NCBI GenBank assembly: GCA_964016885.1
Contig: OZ024744.1
Span: 44,578,001-44,642,000 of the forward strand
Direction: 5' to 3'
Length of the DNA: 64,000 nucleotides
Source: Eledone cirrhosa
Taxonomy: Eukaryota
The notes under the pieces are model-generated. The model did not search any database and had not been told where the DNA came from. It saw nothing but the letters and a program-made list of their open reading frames with translations. Of the stretch, positions 12,270 to 28,129 are shown piece after piece. Positions within the stretch are counted from its first letter, which is position 1; each line of letters opens with the position of its first letter. A program made the translations under genes and the position numbers.

Positions 12270-12639
12270 TGTAGCGGTTGTCTCCCTTGTTTGGATTAAC
12301 ATCTAGACGGGAAGTAGAACCCTTTCTGTAACTTCCGGTCAGAACCCTATAAAACTAACAACTTTAAGTTCTCACTCTCTCATTTGGCTCTGCCTCTCAT
12401 TGCCCTTTCGGCACCAGGCCAAGAGCCTCTCATTGCCCTTCCGGCGCCTGGCTTTCGCCAGGCGTCCTCTGCCAGCCGCGTTTGCCTGGCAATCAAAACG
12501 GTAACGACTAACTTTGTTTCATTCTATCATCTATTTCTTTGACGTGCTAACTATACTATCTACTATTGTTAATTAAATATTATACACACAAACAATGTAT
12601 TCCTTGTTACATTCATACTACCCAGTACTCATCGCTATA
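12270..12639 (+). repeat. 3' LTR of element B copy 1 (370 bp)
   Basis: Direct repeat of 10366-10733, preceded by a purine-rich tract and followed by the TSD. Confidence 0.92.
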
Positions 12640-15600
12640 CCTCTATATTAAACACCACCCTATGTTACCTCAATAATGGACACCACCCTATGTTACCACT
12701 ATAATAGACACCACCCTATGTTACCTCTTTATTAGACACCACACTATGTTACCTCTATAATGACACCACCCTATGTTTTCTCTATATTAGACGCAGCCCT
12801 ATATTACCTCTATAATGACACCACCTGATGTTACCTCTATATTAGACACCACCCTATATTACCTCTATATTAAACAACACCCTGTGTTTCCTCTATAATA
12901 GACACCACCCTATAATACCTCTATACTAGACACCACCCTATGTTTCCTCGGTATTAGATGCCACCCTATATTACCTCTATAATAGACACAACCCTATGTT
13001 ACCTCTATATTAGACATCACCCTATGTCAACTCTATAATTGACACCACCCTATAACACCTCTATATTAGACACCACCCTATGTTACCGCTATAATGACAC
13101 CCCCTTAAATTACCTCTATATTAGACACTACCCTATGTTACCTCTATAATGACATCACCCTATGTTACCTCTATATTAGACACCACCCTATATTACCTCT
13201 ATATTAAAAAACACCCTGTGTTTCCTCTATAATAGACACAACACTATGTTACCTCTATATTAGACATCACCCTATGTCAACTCTATAATTGACACCACCC
13301 TATAACACCTCTATATTAGACACCACCCTCTGTTACCTCTATAATGACACCCCCTTATATTACCTCTATATTAGACACCACCCTATGTTACCACTATATT
13401 AGACACCACCCTATGTTACCTCTATAATGACACTAACCCTATGTTTTCTCTATATTAGACACAACCCTATATTACCTCTATAATGACACCACTCGATGTT
13501 ACCTCTATATTAGACACCACCCTAGGTTACCTCTATATTAGACACCACCCTATATTACCTCTATATTAGACACCACAATATGTTACCTCGATATTAGACA
13601 CCACCGTATGTTACCACTATAATAGACACCGCCCTATGTTACCTCTATAATAGACACCACCCTATGTTACCTCTGTAATAGACATCACCCTATGTTACCT
13701 CTATATTAGACACCAACCTATGCTACCTCTATAATGGACATCAGCCTATGTTACCTCTATATTAGACACCACCCTATGTTACCTCTATATTAGACACCAC
13801 CAGATATTACCTGCATATTAGACACCACCCTATGTTATGTCTATATTAGAAATCACCCTATATTACCTCTATAATAGACACCACTCTATGTTACCTCTAT
13901 AAGAGACACAACCCTATGTGCCTCTATAATTGACACCACCCTATAACAACTCTATATTAGACACCACCCTATGTTACACCTATAATGACTCACACTTACA
14001 TTACCTCTATATTAGACACTACCCTATGTTACTTCTATAATGACATCACCCTATGTTACCTCTATATCAGACACCACCCTAGATTACCTCTATATTAACC
14101 TACACCCTGTGTTTCCTCTATAATAGACACCACCCTATAATACCTCTATACTAGACAGCACCCTATGTTTCCTCTATATTAGATACCACCCTATTTTACC
14201 TCTATATTAGACATCACACTATGTCATCTCTATATTAGACACCACCCTAACTGACCTCTGTATTAGTCGCCACCCTATGTTACCTCTATAATGGACACCA
14301 CCCTATATTACCTCTATATTAGACACCAACCTATGTTACCTCTATAATTGACACCACCCTATATTACCTCTATATTAGACACCACCCTATGTTACCTCTT
14401 TATTAGACACCACCATATGTTTACTCTATATTAGACACAACCCTATATTACCTCTATAATGACACCACCCGATGTTACCTCTATATTAGACAACACCTTA
14501 TATTACCTCTATATTAGACACCACTCTATGTTACCTCTATATTAGACACCACCCTATGTTACCTCTATAATAGACAACACCCTATGTTACCTCTATAATA
14601 GACAACATGCTATGTTACCTCTATAATAGACACCGCCCTATGTTACCTCTATATTGAAGACCACCCTATATAACCTCTATATTAGACACCACCCTATGTT
14701 ACCTCTATATTAGACACCACACTATGTTACCTCTATATTAGACACCACCCTATATTACCTCTATATTAGACACTACCCTATATTACCTCTATAATAGACA
14801 CCACCCTATATTACCCCTATATTAGACACCACCTTATGTTACCTCTATAATGACACCACCCTATATTACCTCTATAGTAGATACAACCCTATGTTACCTC
14901 AATACTAGACACCACCCTGTGTTACCTCTATAATAGACACCGCCCTATGTTACCTCTATAATGACACCAGCCTATACTACCTCTATAATAGACACCGGCC
15001 TACACTACATCTATATTGGACACCACCCTATATTACCTCTATATAAGACACCACCGTATATTACCTCCATAATGACACCACCCTATATTACCTCTATATT
15101 AGACACCACTCTATATTACCTTTATAATAGCCACCACCCTATAATACCTCTATAATAGACACCACCCTATGTTACTTCTATAATAGACACCACCCTATAT
15201 TACCTCTATACTAGACACCACACTATGTTACCTCTATAATGACACCACCCTATATTACCTCTGAAATAGACACCACACTATATTACTTCTATATTAGACA
15301 CCACCCAATATTACCTCTATATTAGACACCACCCTATGTTACCTCTATATTAGACACCACCCTATATTACCTCTATATTAAACAACACCTTGTGTTACCT
15401 CTATAATAGACACCACCCTATAATACCTCTATACTAGACACAACCCTATGTTACTTCAAATTAGACATCACCCTATGTCATCTCTATATTAGACACCGCC
15501 CTATATTACCTCTATATTAGACACCACCCTATGTTACCTCAATAATGGACACCACCCTATGTTACCACTATAATAGACACCACCCTATGTTACCTCTTTA

Positions 15601-18600
15601 TTAGACACCACACTATGTTACCTCTATAATGACAACACCCTATTTTTTCTCTATTTTAGACGCAACCCTTTATTACCTCTATAATGACACCACCTGATGT
15701 TACCTCTATATTAGACACCACCCTATATTACCTCTATATTAAACAACACCCTGTGTTTCCTCTATAATAGACACCACCCAATAATACCTCTATACTAGAC
15801 ACCACCCTATGTTTCCTCGGTATTAGATGCCACCCTATATTACCTCTATAATAGACACAACCCTATGTTACCTCTATATTAGACATCACCCTATGTCAAC
15901 TCTATAATTGACACCACCCTATAACACCTCTATATTAGACAATAACCCTATGTTACCTCTATAATGACACCCCCTTATATTACCTCTAAATTAGACACTA
16001 CCCTATGTTACCTCTATAATGACATCACCCTATGTTACCTCTATATTAGACACCACCCTTATTACCTCTATATTAAAAAACACCCTGTGTTTCCTCTATA
16101 CTAGACACCACCCTATGTTTCCTTTGTATTAGATGCCACCCTATATTAACTCTTTAATAGACACAACCCTATGTTACCTCTATATTAGACATCACCCTAT
16201 GTCATCTCTACGTTAGACACCACCCTATCTTACCTCTGTATTAGACGCCACCATATATTACCTCTATATTAGACACCACCCTAAGTTAACTCTATAAGGA
16301 CACCACCCTATGTTTTCTCTATATTAGACACCACCCTTTGTTACCTCTATATTAGTCACCACCCTATGCTACCTCTATAATGGACACCAGCCTATTTTAC
16401 CTCTATATTAGACACCACCCTATGTTACCTCTATGTTAGACACCACCCTATGTTACCTCTCTATTAGACACTACCCTATGTTACCTCTATATTAGACACC
16501 ACCAGATATTACCTGCATATTAGACACCATCCTATGTTATGTCTATATTAGACACCACCCTATATTACCTCTATATTAGAAACCACCCTATATTACCTCT
16601 ATATTAGACACCACCCTATATTACCTCTATATTAAACAACACCCTGTGTTTCCTCTATATTAGACAACAACCTATCTTACTTCTGTATTAGACGTCACCC
16701 TATATTATCTCTATATTAGACACCACCGTATGTTACCTCTATAATGGACACCACCCTATGTTAACTCTATATTAGACACCACCCTATGTTACCCCTATTT
16801 TAGATGCCACCCTATGTTACCTCTATAATAGACAACACCCTATGTTACCTCTATATTAGACACCACCCTATGCTACCTCTATAATGGACACCAGCCTATG
16901 TTTCCTCTACATTAGACACCACCCTATGTTTCCTCTCTATTAGACACTACCCTATATTACCTCTATATTAGACACCACCAGATATTACCTGCATATTACA
17001 CACCACCCTATGTTATGTCTATATTAGACACCACCCTATATTACCTCTATAATAGACACCACCCTATGTTACCTCTATAATGGAAACCACCCTATGTTAT
17101 TTCTATATTGGAGACCACCGTATATTACCTCTATAATGACACCACCCTACATTACCCCTATGCTGGACACCACCCCATGTTGACTCTATAAGAGACACCA
17201 CCCTATGTTACTACTATACTAGACACCACTCTATATTACCTCTATAATAGACACCCCCCTTTTAACTCTATATTAGACACCACCCTATGTTACCTCTATA
17301 TTAGACACCACCCCAGGTTACCTCTATAATAAACACAACCCTATATTACCTCTATAATTGACACCACCCTATGTTACCTCTATATTGACACCATCCTATA
17401 CTATCTCTATATTTGACGCCACCGTATATTACCTCTATATTAGACACCAACCTATGTTACCTCTATAATGGACACCACTCTATATTACCTCTATATTAGA
17501 CACCACTCTATGTTACCTCTATAATGACACCACCCTATGTTATCACTATTATAGACACCACCCTATATTACCTCTATATTTGACGCCACCCTACGTTACC
17601 TCTATAATGACACCACCCTATGTTACTTCTATATTAGACACCACCCTATGTTACCTCTATATTATACACCACCCTATATTACCTCTATAGTAGATACCAC
17701 CTTATGTTACCTCAATACTAGACACCACCCTGTGTTACCTCTATAATAGACACCGCCCTATGTTACCTCAATAATGACACCAGCCTATACTACCTCTATA
17801 ATAGACACCGGCCTACATTACATCTATATTGGACACCACCCTATATTACCTCTACATTAGACACCACCATATATTACCTCCATAATGAAACCACCCTATA
17901 TTACCTCTATATTAGACACCACCCTATTTTACCTCCATATTAGACACCACCCTATATTACCTTTATAATAGACACCACCCTATGTTACTTCTATAATAGA
18001 CACCACCCTATATTACCTCTGAAATAGACACCACCCCATATTACTTCTATATTAGACACCACCCAATATTACCTCTATATTAGACACCACCCTATGTTAC
18101 CTCTATATTAGACACCACCCTATATTACCTCTATATTAAACAACACCTTGTGTTACCTCTCCCTATAATACCTCTATACTAGACACAACCCTATGTTACC
18201 TCAAATTAGACATCACCCTATGTCATCTCTATATTAGACACCGCCCTATATTACCTCAATATTAGACACCACCCTATGTTACCTCTATAATGACACCACC
18301 CTATGTTTACAATATATTAGACACCAGCCTATGTTACCTCTATAATGACACCACCCGATGTTACCTCTATATTAGGCAACACCTTATGTTACCTCTATAT
18401 TAGACACCACCCTATGCTACCTCTATAATGGACACCAGCCTATGTTACCTCTATAATAGACACCACCCTATGTTATCTCTATACTAGACACGACCCTATG
18501 TTACCTCTATAATAGACACCACCCTATATTACCTCTATAATAGACACCACCCTATGTTACCTCTATCTTAGACACAACCCTATATTACTTCTATAATGAC

Positions 18601-19261
18601 ACCACCCTATGTTACCTCTATATTTGACACCACCCTATGTTACCTCTGTTTTAGACGCCACCGTATATTGCCTCTATATTAGACGCCACCCTATGTTACC
18701 TCTATAATACACAACACCCTATATTACCTCTATATTAGACACTACCCTATGTTACCTCTATAATAGACACCACCCCATATTACTACTATATTAGACACCA
18801 ACCTATCTTACTTCTGTATTAGACGCCACCCTATATTACCTCTATATTAGACACCACCCTATGTTACCTCTATAATGGACACCACCCTATGTTAGCTCTA
18901 TATTAGACACCACCCTATATTACCTCTTTATCAGACGCCACCATATATTACCTCTTTATTAGACACCACCCTATGTAACCTCTATAATGACACCACCCTA
19001 TTTTTTCTCTATATTAGACACCACCCTATATTACCTCTATATTAAACAACACCCTGTGTTTCCTCTATAATAGACACCACCCTATAATACCTCTATACTA
19101 GACACCACCCTATGTTTCCTCTGTATTAGATGCCACCCTATATTACCTCTATAATAGACACAACCCTATGTTACCTCTATATTAGACATTACCGTACGTC
19201 ATCTCTATATTATACACCACCCTATCTTACCTCTGTATTAGACGCCACCCTATATTACCTC
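12640..19261. repeat. 28-bp satellite array
   Basis: Continuous monomers between element B copies 1 and 2. Confidence 0.97.
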
Positions 19262-21535
19262 TGTAGCGGTTGTCTCCCTTGTTTGGATTAACATCTAGAC
19301 GGGAAGTAGAACCCTTTCTGTAACTTCCGGTCAGAACCCTATAAAACTAACACTTTAAGTTCTCACTCTCTCATTTGGCTCTGCCTCTCATTGCCCTTTC
19401 GACACCAGGCCAAGAGCCTCTCATTGGCCTTCTGGCGCCTGGCTTTCGCCAGGCGTCCTCTGCCAGCCGCGTTTGCCTGGCAATCAAAACGGTAACGACT
19501 AACTTTGTTTCATTCTATCATCTATTTCTTTGACATGCTAACTATACTATCTACCATTGTTAATTAAATATTATACACACAACAATGTATTCCTTGTTAC
19601 ATTCATACTACCCAGTACTCATCGCTATATTGGTAACCCTGACGTGATACGAACACGCAGCCGTTCATCGCTATAAGTGGTCATCCCGAAAAAAGAAAAA
19701 GATAGCAGATTCTGGTGTTGTGTGGGTAACATTACGAATACACAGCAAATTTATCGACAAACTATGAGAATACTCAAAGAAACGGACACACGCACATGTG
19801 GAATTCGCGTTCAGACAGACTTTTTCTCTCACGCATCAACTAACTGTCGCATTTCACGATATATACTCTCGTTTCTTACAACGAACACTTTCAAAACAAA
19901 AACAAAAATAAAAAAACATTTCACGATATATATATATGTTTCTCGTTTCTTACAACGAACTCTTTCAAAACAAAAAAAAAAAGAAATTTGATATTCTTTA
20001 AAAAACATTTCAACAGGAACATTTATTTCGATGAACCATTGCCTTTTTGTTCATCGTTTTCTTCATCGTTCAAGTTTTTTTTCCAAAGTTCACACCAATA
20101 ATTATGCTGAGTGAAGCCTTTCTTTTTCATCATTGTCACTTTCAAAATTGCACTATCATTTTCCCGCGCGTTAGAAATATTATTTTTTCAACCTTGTATT
20201 GGCACGTGTAGGCAGCACAAATTCTCGACTCACAGAGATGTCTCGACTCACAGAGATGTCTCGACTCACAGAGATAGCCGCACGCCAGAGATAACGTTTC
20301 TCGCCAAGGATTCTTCAGCCTTAAGCTATATTCTCCTATTTGCCGGTTTAAAAATTTACTACGTAAATTTGCCGTTGAAAACTGCGCATTTATTCAGAAT
20401 GCTTATTTCTTTGGTCGCTGGCCTCTTGACCCTTCCAGGTCAACGCATTCTCAACATCGACCATCAACTTCGGCTGCTATTTCTAGCACTTTGCGCAATT
20501 CAATTTTTCTAAAAAAAAATTTTTTTTTACTGTGAATATAAACACCGAATACGCTCACTCAGCGAGACAACAGCAGCAGCAACAGCAACAGCAACAGCAA
20601 TATAACAGCAACAGCAATACAGCAGCAACAGCAATAGAGCAGCAACAGCAACAGAAATACAGCAGCAACAGCAGCAGCAACAGCAACATAACAGCAACAG
20701 CAGCAGCAACAGCAATACAGCAGCAACAGCAGCAGCAGCAACAGCGACAGCAATACAGCAGCAACAGCAACAGCAATATAACAGCAACAGCAGCAGCAAC
20801 AGCAACAGCAATACATCAACACAGCTTCACCAACAACCAAAGCCAGAGAATTTATTTTTGCAGCACTCTTCCTGTGAGAAAATCCATTCGGAGGTTGGAA
20901 ATTTCACGATACACCACAGAACAGAGACCACCTCCATTCATTCTCTGGAACACACTTTCTTTCCTGCTGTCATGATTGCACACCTGTGAACTATATTTTG
21001 TACATTTGAACTTTGAGCCCTTCTCTTACTTTACTACCTTGATATCTATCATTGATTTTTGCAAACATTCTTTTGTCGTAATTTTCATGCCTGTTACAAC
21101 ATTCTCGCCAACTTGCTACATATTTCAATTCGATTTTTATATTCTAAAATTCTGGCGGGAGGTTATGTAGCGGTTGTCTCCCTTGTTTGGATTAACATCT
21201 AGACGGGAAGTAGAACCCTTTCTGTAACTTCCGGTCAGAACCCTATAAAACTAACAACTTTAAGTTCTCACTCTCTCATTTGGCTCTGCCTCTCATTGCC
21301 CTTTCGGCACCAGGCCAAGAGCCTCTCATTGCCCTTCCGGCGCCTGGCTTTCGCCAGGCGTCCTCTGCCAGCCGCGTTTGCCTGGCAATCAAAACGGTAA
21401 CGACTAACTTTGTTTCATTCTATCATCTATTTCTTTGACGTGCTAACTATACTATCTACTATTGTTAATTAAATATTATACACACAAACAATGTATTCCT
21501 TGTTACATTCATACTACCCAGTACTCATCGCTATA
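19262..21535 (+). mobile_element. Element B copy 2 (LTRs 19262-19629, 21166-21535)
   Basis: Appears identical to copy 1 at +8896, with the same flanks and TSD. Confidence 0.92.
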
Positions 21536-24500
21536 CCTCTATATTAAACACCACCCTATGTTACCTCAATAATGGACACCACCCTATGTTACCACTATAA
21601 TAGACACCACCCTATGTTACCTCTTTATTAGACACCACACTATGTTACCTCTATAATGACACCACCCTATGTTTTCTCTATATTAGACGCAGCCCTATAT
21701 TACCTCTATAATGACACCACCTGATGTTACCTCTATATTAGACACCACCCTATATTACCTCTATATTAAACAACACCCTGTGTTTCCTCTATAATAGACA
21801 CCACCCTATAATACCTCTATACTAGACACCACCCTATGTTTCCTCGGTATTAGATGCCACCCTATATTACCTCTATAATAGACACAACCCTATGTTACCT
21901 CTATATTAGACATCACCCTATGTCAACTCTATAATTGACACCACCCTATAACACCTCTATATTAGACACCACCCTATGTTACCGCTATAATGACACCCCC
22001 TTAAATTACCTCTATATTAGACACTACCCTATGTTACCTCTATAATGACATCACCCTATGTTACCTCTATATTAGACACCACCCTATATTACCTCTATAT
22101 TAAAAAACACCCTGTGTTTCCTCTATAATAGACACAACACTATGTTACCTCTATATTAGACATCACCCTATGTCAACTCTATAATTGACACCACCCTATA
22201 ACACCTCTATATTAGACACCACCCTCTGTTACCTCTATAATGACACCCCCTTATATTACCTCTATATTAGACACCACCCTATGTTACCTCTATAATGACA
22301 CTAACCCTATGTTTTCTCTATATTAGACACAACCCTATATTACCTCTATAATGACACCACTCGATGTTACCTCTATATTAGACACCACCCTAGGTTACCT
22401 CTATATTAGACACCACCCTATATTACCTCTATATTAGACACCACAATATGTTACCTCGATATTAGACACCACCGTATGTTACCACTATAATAGACACCGC
22501 CCTATGTTACCTCTATAATAGACACCACCCTATGTTACCTCTGTAATAGACATCACCCTATGTTACCTCTATATTAGACACCAACCTATGCTACCTCTAT
22601 AATGGACATCAGCCTATGTTACCTCTATATTAGACACCACCCTATGTTACCTCTATATTAGACACCACCAGATATTACCTGCATATTAGACACCACCCTA
22701 TGTTATGTCTATATTAGAAATCACCCTATATTACCTCTATAATAGACACCACTCTATGTTACCTCTATAAGAGACACAACCCTATGTGCCTCTATAATTG
22801 ACACCACCCTATAACAACTCTATATTAGACACCACCCTATGTTACACCTATAATGACTCACACTTACATTACCTCTATATTAGACACTACCCTATGTTAC
22901 TTCTATAATGACATCACCCTATGTTACCTCTATATCAGAGACCACCCTAGATTACCTCTATATTAACCTACACCCTGTGTTTCCTCTATAATAGACACCA
23001 CCCTATAATACCTCTATACTAGACAGCACCCTATGTTTCCTCTATATTAGATACCACCCTATTTTACCTCTATATTAGACATCACACTATGTCATCTCTA
23101 TATTAGACACCACCCTAACTGACCTCTGTATTAGTCGCCACCCTATGTTACCTCTATAATGGACACCACCCTATATTACCTCTATATTAGACACCAACCT
23201 ATGTTACCTCTATAATTGACACCACCCTATATTACCTCTATATTAGACACCACCCTATGTTACCTCTTTATTAGACACCACCATATGTTTACTCTATATT
23301 AGACACAACCCTATATTACCTCTATAATGACACCACCCGATGTTACCTCTATATTAGACAACACCTTATATTACCTCTATATTAGACACCACTCTATGTT
23401 ACCTCTATATTAGACACCACCCTATGTTACCTCTATAATAGACAACACCCTATGTTACCTCTATAATAGACAACATGCTATGTTACCTCTATAATAGACA
23501 CCGCCCTATGTTACCTCTATATTGAAGACCACCCTATATAACCTCTATATTAGACACCACCCTATGTTACCTCTATATTAGACACCACACTATGTTACCT
23601 CTATATTAGACACCACCCTATATTACCTCTATATTAGACACTACCCTATATTACCTCTATAATAGACACCACCCTATATTACCCCTATATTAGACACCAC
23701 CTTATGTTACCTCTATAATGACACCACCCTATATTACCTCTATAGTAGATACAACCCTATGTTACCTCAATACTAGACACCACCCTGTGTTACCTCTATA
23801 ATAGACACCGCCCTATGTTACCTCTATAATGACACCAGCCTATACTACCTCTATAATAGACACCGGCCTACACTACATCTATATTGGACACCACCCTATA
23901 TTACCTCTATATAAGACACCACCGTATATTACCTCCATAATGACACCACCCTATATTACCTCTATATTAGACACCACTCTATATTACCTTTATAATAGCC
24001 ACCACCCTATAATACCTCTATAATAGACACCACCCTATGTTACTTCTATAATAGACACCACCCTATATTACCTCTATACTAGACACCACACTATGTTACC
24101 TCTATAATGACACCACCCTATATTACCTCTGAAATAGACACCACACTATATTACTTCTATATTAGACACCACCCAATATTACCTCTATATTAGACACCAC
24201 CCTATGTTACCTCTATATTAGACACCACCCTATATTACCTCTATATTAAACAACACCTTGTGTTACCTCTATAATAGACACCACCCTATAATACCTCTAT
24301 ACTAGACACAACCCTATGTTACTTCAAATTAGACATCACCCTATGTCATCTCTATATTAGACACCGCCCTATATTACCTCTATATTAGACACCACCCTAT
24401 GTTACCTCAATAATGGACACCACCCTATGTTACCACTATAATAGACACCACCCTATGTTACCTCTTTATTAGACACCACACTATGTTACCTCTATAATGA

Positions 24501-27500
24501 CAACACCCTATTTTTTCTCTATTTTAGACGCAACCCTTTATTACCTCTATAATGACACCACCTGATGTTACCTCTATATTAGACACCACCCTATATTACC
24601 TCTATATTAAACAACACCCTGTGTTTCCTCTATAATAGACACCACCCAATAATACCTCTATACTAGACACCACCCTATGTTTCCTCGGTATTAGATGCCA
24701 CCCTATATTACCTCTATAATAGACACAACCCTATGTTACCTCTATATTAGACATCACCCTATGTCAACTCTATAATTGACACCACCCTATAACACCTCTA
24801 TATTAGACAATAACCCTATGTTACCTCTATAATGACACCCCCTTATATTACCTCTAAATTAGACACTACCCTATGTTACCTCTATAATGACATCACCCTA
24901 TGTTACCTCTATATTAGACACCACCCTTATTACCTCTATATTAAAAAACACCCTGTGTTTCCTCTATACTAGACACCACCCTATGTTTCCTTTGTATTAG
25001 ATGCCACCCTATATTAACTCTTTAATAGACACAACCCTATGTTACCTCTATATTAGACATCACCCTATGTCATCTCTACGTTAGACACCACCCTATCTTA
25101 CCTCTGTATTAGACGCCACCATATATTACCTCTATATTAGACACCACCCTAAGTTAACTCTATAAGGACACCACCCTATGTTTTCTCTATATTAGACACC
25201 ACCCTTTGTTACCTCTATATTAGTCACCACCCTATGCTACCTCTATAATGGACACCAGCCTATTTTACCTCTATATTAGACACCACCCTATGTTACCTCT
25301 ATGTTAGACACCACCCTATGTTACCTCTCTATTAGACACTACCCTATGTTACCTCTATATTAGACACCACCAGATATTACCTGCATATTAGACACCATCC
25401 TATGTTATGTCTATATTAGACACCACCCTATATTACCTCTATATTAGAAACCACCCTATATTACCTCTATATTAGACACCACCCTATATTACCTCTATAT
25501 TAAACAACACCCTGTGTTTCCTCTATATTAGACAACAACCTATCTTACTTCTGTATTAGACGTCACCCTATATTATCTCTATATTAGACACCACCGTATG
25601 TTACCTCTATAATGGACACCACCCTATGTTAACTCTATATTAGACACCACCCTATGTTACCCCTATTTTAGATGCCACCCTATGTTACCTCTATAATAGA
25701 CAACACCCTATGTTACCTCTATATTAGACACCACCCTATGCTACCTCTATAATGGACACCAGCCTATGTTTCCTCTACATTAGACACCACCCTATGTTTC
25801 CTCTCTATTAGACACTACCCTATATTACCTCTATATTAGACACCACCAGATATTACCTGCATATTACACACCACCCTATGTTATGTCTATATTAGACACC
25901 ACCCTATATTACCTCTATAATAGACACCACCCTATGTTACCTCTATAATGGAAACCACCCTATGTTATTTCTATATTGGAGACCACCGTATATTACCTCT
26001 ATAATGACACCACCCTACATTACCCCTATGCTGGACACCACCCCATGTTGACTCTATAAGAGACACCACCCTATGTTACTACTATACTAGACACCACTCT
26101 ATATTACCTCTATAATAGACACCCCCCTTTTAACTCTATATTAGACACCACCCTATGTTACCTCTATATTAGACACCACCCCAGGTTACCTCTATAATAA
26201 ACACAACCCTATATTACCTCTATAATTGACACCACCCTATGTTACCTCTATATTGACACCATCCTATACTATCTCTATATTTGACGCCACCGTATATTAC
26301 CTCTATATTAGACACCAACCTATGTTACCTCTATAATGGACACCACTCTATATTACCTCTATATTAGACACCACTCTATGTTACCTCTATAATGACACCA
26401 CCCTATGTTATCACTATTATAGACACCACCCTATATTACCTCTATATTTGACGCCACCCTACGTTACCTCTATAATGACACCACCCTATGTTACTTCTAT
26501 ATTAGACACCACCCTATGTTACCTCTATATTATACACCACCCTATATTACCTCTATAGTAGATACCACCTTATGTTACCTCAATACTAGACACCACCCTG
26601 TGTTACCTCTATAATAGACACCGCCCTATGTTACCTCAATAATGACACCAGCCTATACTACCTCTATAATAGACACCGGCCTACATTACATCTATATTGG
26701 ACACCACCCTATATTACCTCTACATTAGACACCACCATATATTACCTCCATAATGAAACCACCCTATATTACCTCTATATTAGACACCACCCTATTTTAC
26801 CTCCATATTAGACACCACCCTATATTACCTTTATAATAGACACCACCCTATGTTACTTCTATAATAGACACCACCCTATATTACCTCTGAAATAGACACC
26901 ACCCCATATTACTTCTATATTAGACACCACCCAATATTACCTCTATATTAGACACCACCCTATGTTACCTCTATATTAGACACCACCCTATATTACCTCT
27001 ATATTAAACAACACCTTGTGTTACCTCTCCCTATAATACCTCTATACTAGACACAACCCTATGTTACCTCAAATTAGACATCACCCTATGTCATCTCTAT
27101 ATTAGACACCGCCCTATATTACCTCAATATTAGACACCACCCTATGTTACCTCTATAATGACACCACCCTATGTTTACAATATATTAGACACCAGCCTAT
27201 GTTACCTCTATAATGACACCACCCGATGTTACCTCTATATTAGGCAACACCTTATGTTACCTCTATATTAGACACCACCCTATGCTACCTCTATAATGGA
27301 CACCAGCCTATGTTACCTCTATAATAGACACCACCCTATGTTATCTCTATACTAGACACGACCCTATGTTACCTCTATAATAGACACCACCCTATATTAC
27401 CTCTATAATAGACACCACCCTATGTTACCTCTATCTTAGACACAACCCTATATTACTTCTATAATGACACCACCCTATGTTACCTCTATATTTGACACCA

Positions 27501-28129
27501 CCCTATGTTACCTCTGTTTTAGACGCCACCGTATATTGCCTCTATATTAGACGCCACCCTATGTTACCTCTATAATACACAACACCCTATATTACCTCTA
27601 TATTAGACACTACCCTATGTTACCTCTATAATAGACACCACCCCATATTACTACTATATTAGACACCAACCTATCTTACTTCTGTATTAGACGCCACCCT
27701 ATATTACCTCTATATTAGACACCACCCTATGTTACCTCTATAATGGACACCACCCTATGTTAGCTCTATATTAGACACCACCCTATATTACCTCTTTATC
27801 AGACGCCACCATATATTACCTCTTTATTAGACACCACCCTATGTAACCTCTATAATGACACCACCCTATTTTTTCTCTATATTAGACACCACCCTATATT
27901 ACCTCTATATTAAACAACACCCTGTGTTTCCTCTATAATAGACACCACCCTATAATACCTCTATACTAGACACCACCCTATGTTTCCTCTGTATTAGATG
28001 CCACCCTATATTACCTCTATAATAGACACAACCCTATGTTACCTCTATATTAGACATTACCGTACGTCATCTCTATATTATACACCACCCTATCTTACCT
28101 CTGTATTAGACGCCACCCTATATTACCTC
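21536..28129. repeat. 28-bp satellite array
   Basis: Continuous monomers between element B copies 2 and 3. Confidence 0.97.

Larger units (their letters stand above)
10366..12639 (+). mobile_element. Non-autonomous LTR retrotransposon, element B copy 1 (2274 bp)
   Basis: LTRs 10366-10733 and 12270-12639; termini TGTAGCG...CGCTATA; TSD CCTC at 10362-10365 and 12640-12643; PBS at 10735; purine-rich tract GGCGGGAGG at 12258-12266; no gag/pol-like ORF. Confidence 0.92.
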
